Source: Camelus dromedarius (lineage: Eukaryota). Taken from it: a stretch of DNA of 64,000 nucleotides. Shown in pieces: positions 63,314 through 64,000 of this stretch. The stretch is from positions 27,342,001 through 27,406,000 of the forward strand of contig NC_087459.1 of assembly GCF_036321535.1 (NCBI RefSeq), read 5' to 3'. A program made the translations under genes and the position numbers. The notes beneath the pieces are model-generated. The model did no database searches. It saw only the letters and a list, made by a program, of their open reading frames with translations, and was not told the origin of the DNA. Numbering within the stretch: position 1 is the stretch's first letter; each line of letters begins with the position of its first letter.

Positions 63314-63499
63314 AAGGAGATGTATATTTTTGATTATTTAATATTCCACCACCCAAAGATAAAATTTTTATTTATTTCCTTCTTTTCCTTATGCTTTCTT
63401 ATCTTTCTTTGTTACCAATAAATAAAATCTTTTTAAAGAAGATGGCTAGACCATATTCCAGATAAGCTTTTTAATGTCATTTTTTCCCTTGAAGTTTAA

Positions 63500-63960
63500 G
63501 AACTTCAGATTATTAAAATAATATAATTTCACAAGATTGCATAATACTTCATCCTATGGGTGCACTGGTTCATTCAACAACTACTTATTTTTATGCCTAC
63601 TATGTGCTAGGCATTTTTTAAGCACTGGGTTTATCAGAAATTACTCATCTATCATCTGCTGAATGCTTAGCTTTTTACAGTTTTTTACTATTAAACTAAC
63701 ACTGTGAGAAACATCTTTGTATGTAAGAGAATTTTTACATTTTAAGATATTTGCTTAGGGTAGACCCTTAGAAGTTGAATTTCTGGGTCAAAAATAACAA
63801 TATTTTTAAGATTCTTGACACATTGTGCCAAATTGTTTTCCAAAAAGGCATACCAGTTTGTACTTTCTTTATCAGAAGAGTATCTATTTTGTCTATCCAG
63901 ACATTGTTCAATTTTGTCACTAGAAAAAAATGTGTAAATATCTTATTAGATTAATTTGTT
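63500..63960 (-). mobile_element. L1ME-like fragment with a short L2 3' piece (about 63570-63630)
   Basis: ttagaagttgaatttctgggtcaaa...gccaaattgttttccaaaaagg; ttcattcaacaac...tactatgtgctaggca. Confidence 0.6.
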
Positions 63961-64000
63961 TCTTTTACTAATTTTCCTTGTGTTTTTGAATTTTTTCTTC

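Noticed and set aside
1-64000. CRISPR arrays, operons, rRNA/snRNA genes, intact ERV or transposase ORFs, or a novel multi-gene system
   Set aside because: None seen; the sequence is explained by one mammalian gene, its introns and interspersed repeats.

Overview
Mammalian genomic DNA, most likely a camelid (four copies of a tRNA-Ala-derived Vic-1-like SINE plus cetartiodactyl/camelid-type L1 3' ends). The window is the 5' part of HIP1 (huntingtin-interacting protein 1, ANTH domain) on the minus strand. Two coding exons are visible: 1142-1284 and 850-906 (canonical exons 3 and 4). A CpG-island alternative first exon encodes MDVSKM (31353-31370). Exon 2 is not visible and most likely lies in the 140-N gap at 4595-4734. 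Exon 3 has a non-canonical AC acceptor with a U12-type branch site, i.e. an AT-AC minor-spliceosome intron. The remainder is intron filled with L1, L2, CR1/L3, MIR, MaLR/ERVL LTRs, hAT MITEs and microsatellites, with six N gaps. I found no evidence of a new gene family or a new biological system. The best leads are HIP1 isoform and translation-control features (minor intron, an in-frame Kozak ATG inside it, a uORF, a candidate extra exon) and L1 mechanism footprints (3' transduction, twin-priming inversion). Repeat family names come from recalled consensus sequences, not from a database search; repeat boundaries are approximate unless a TSD is given.
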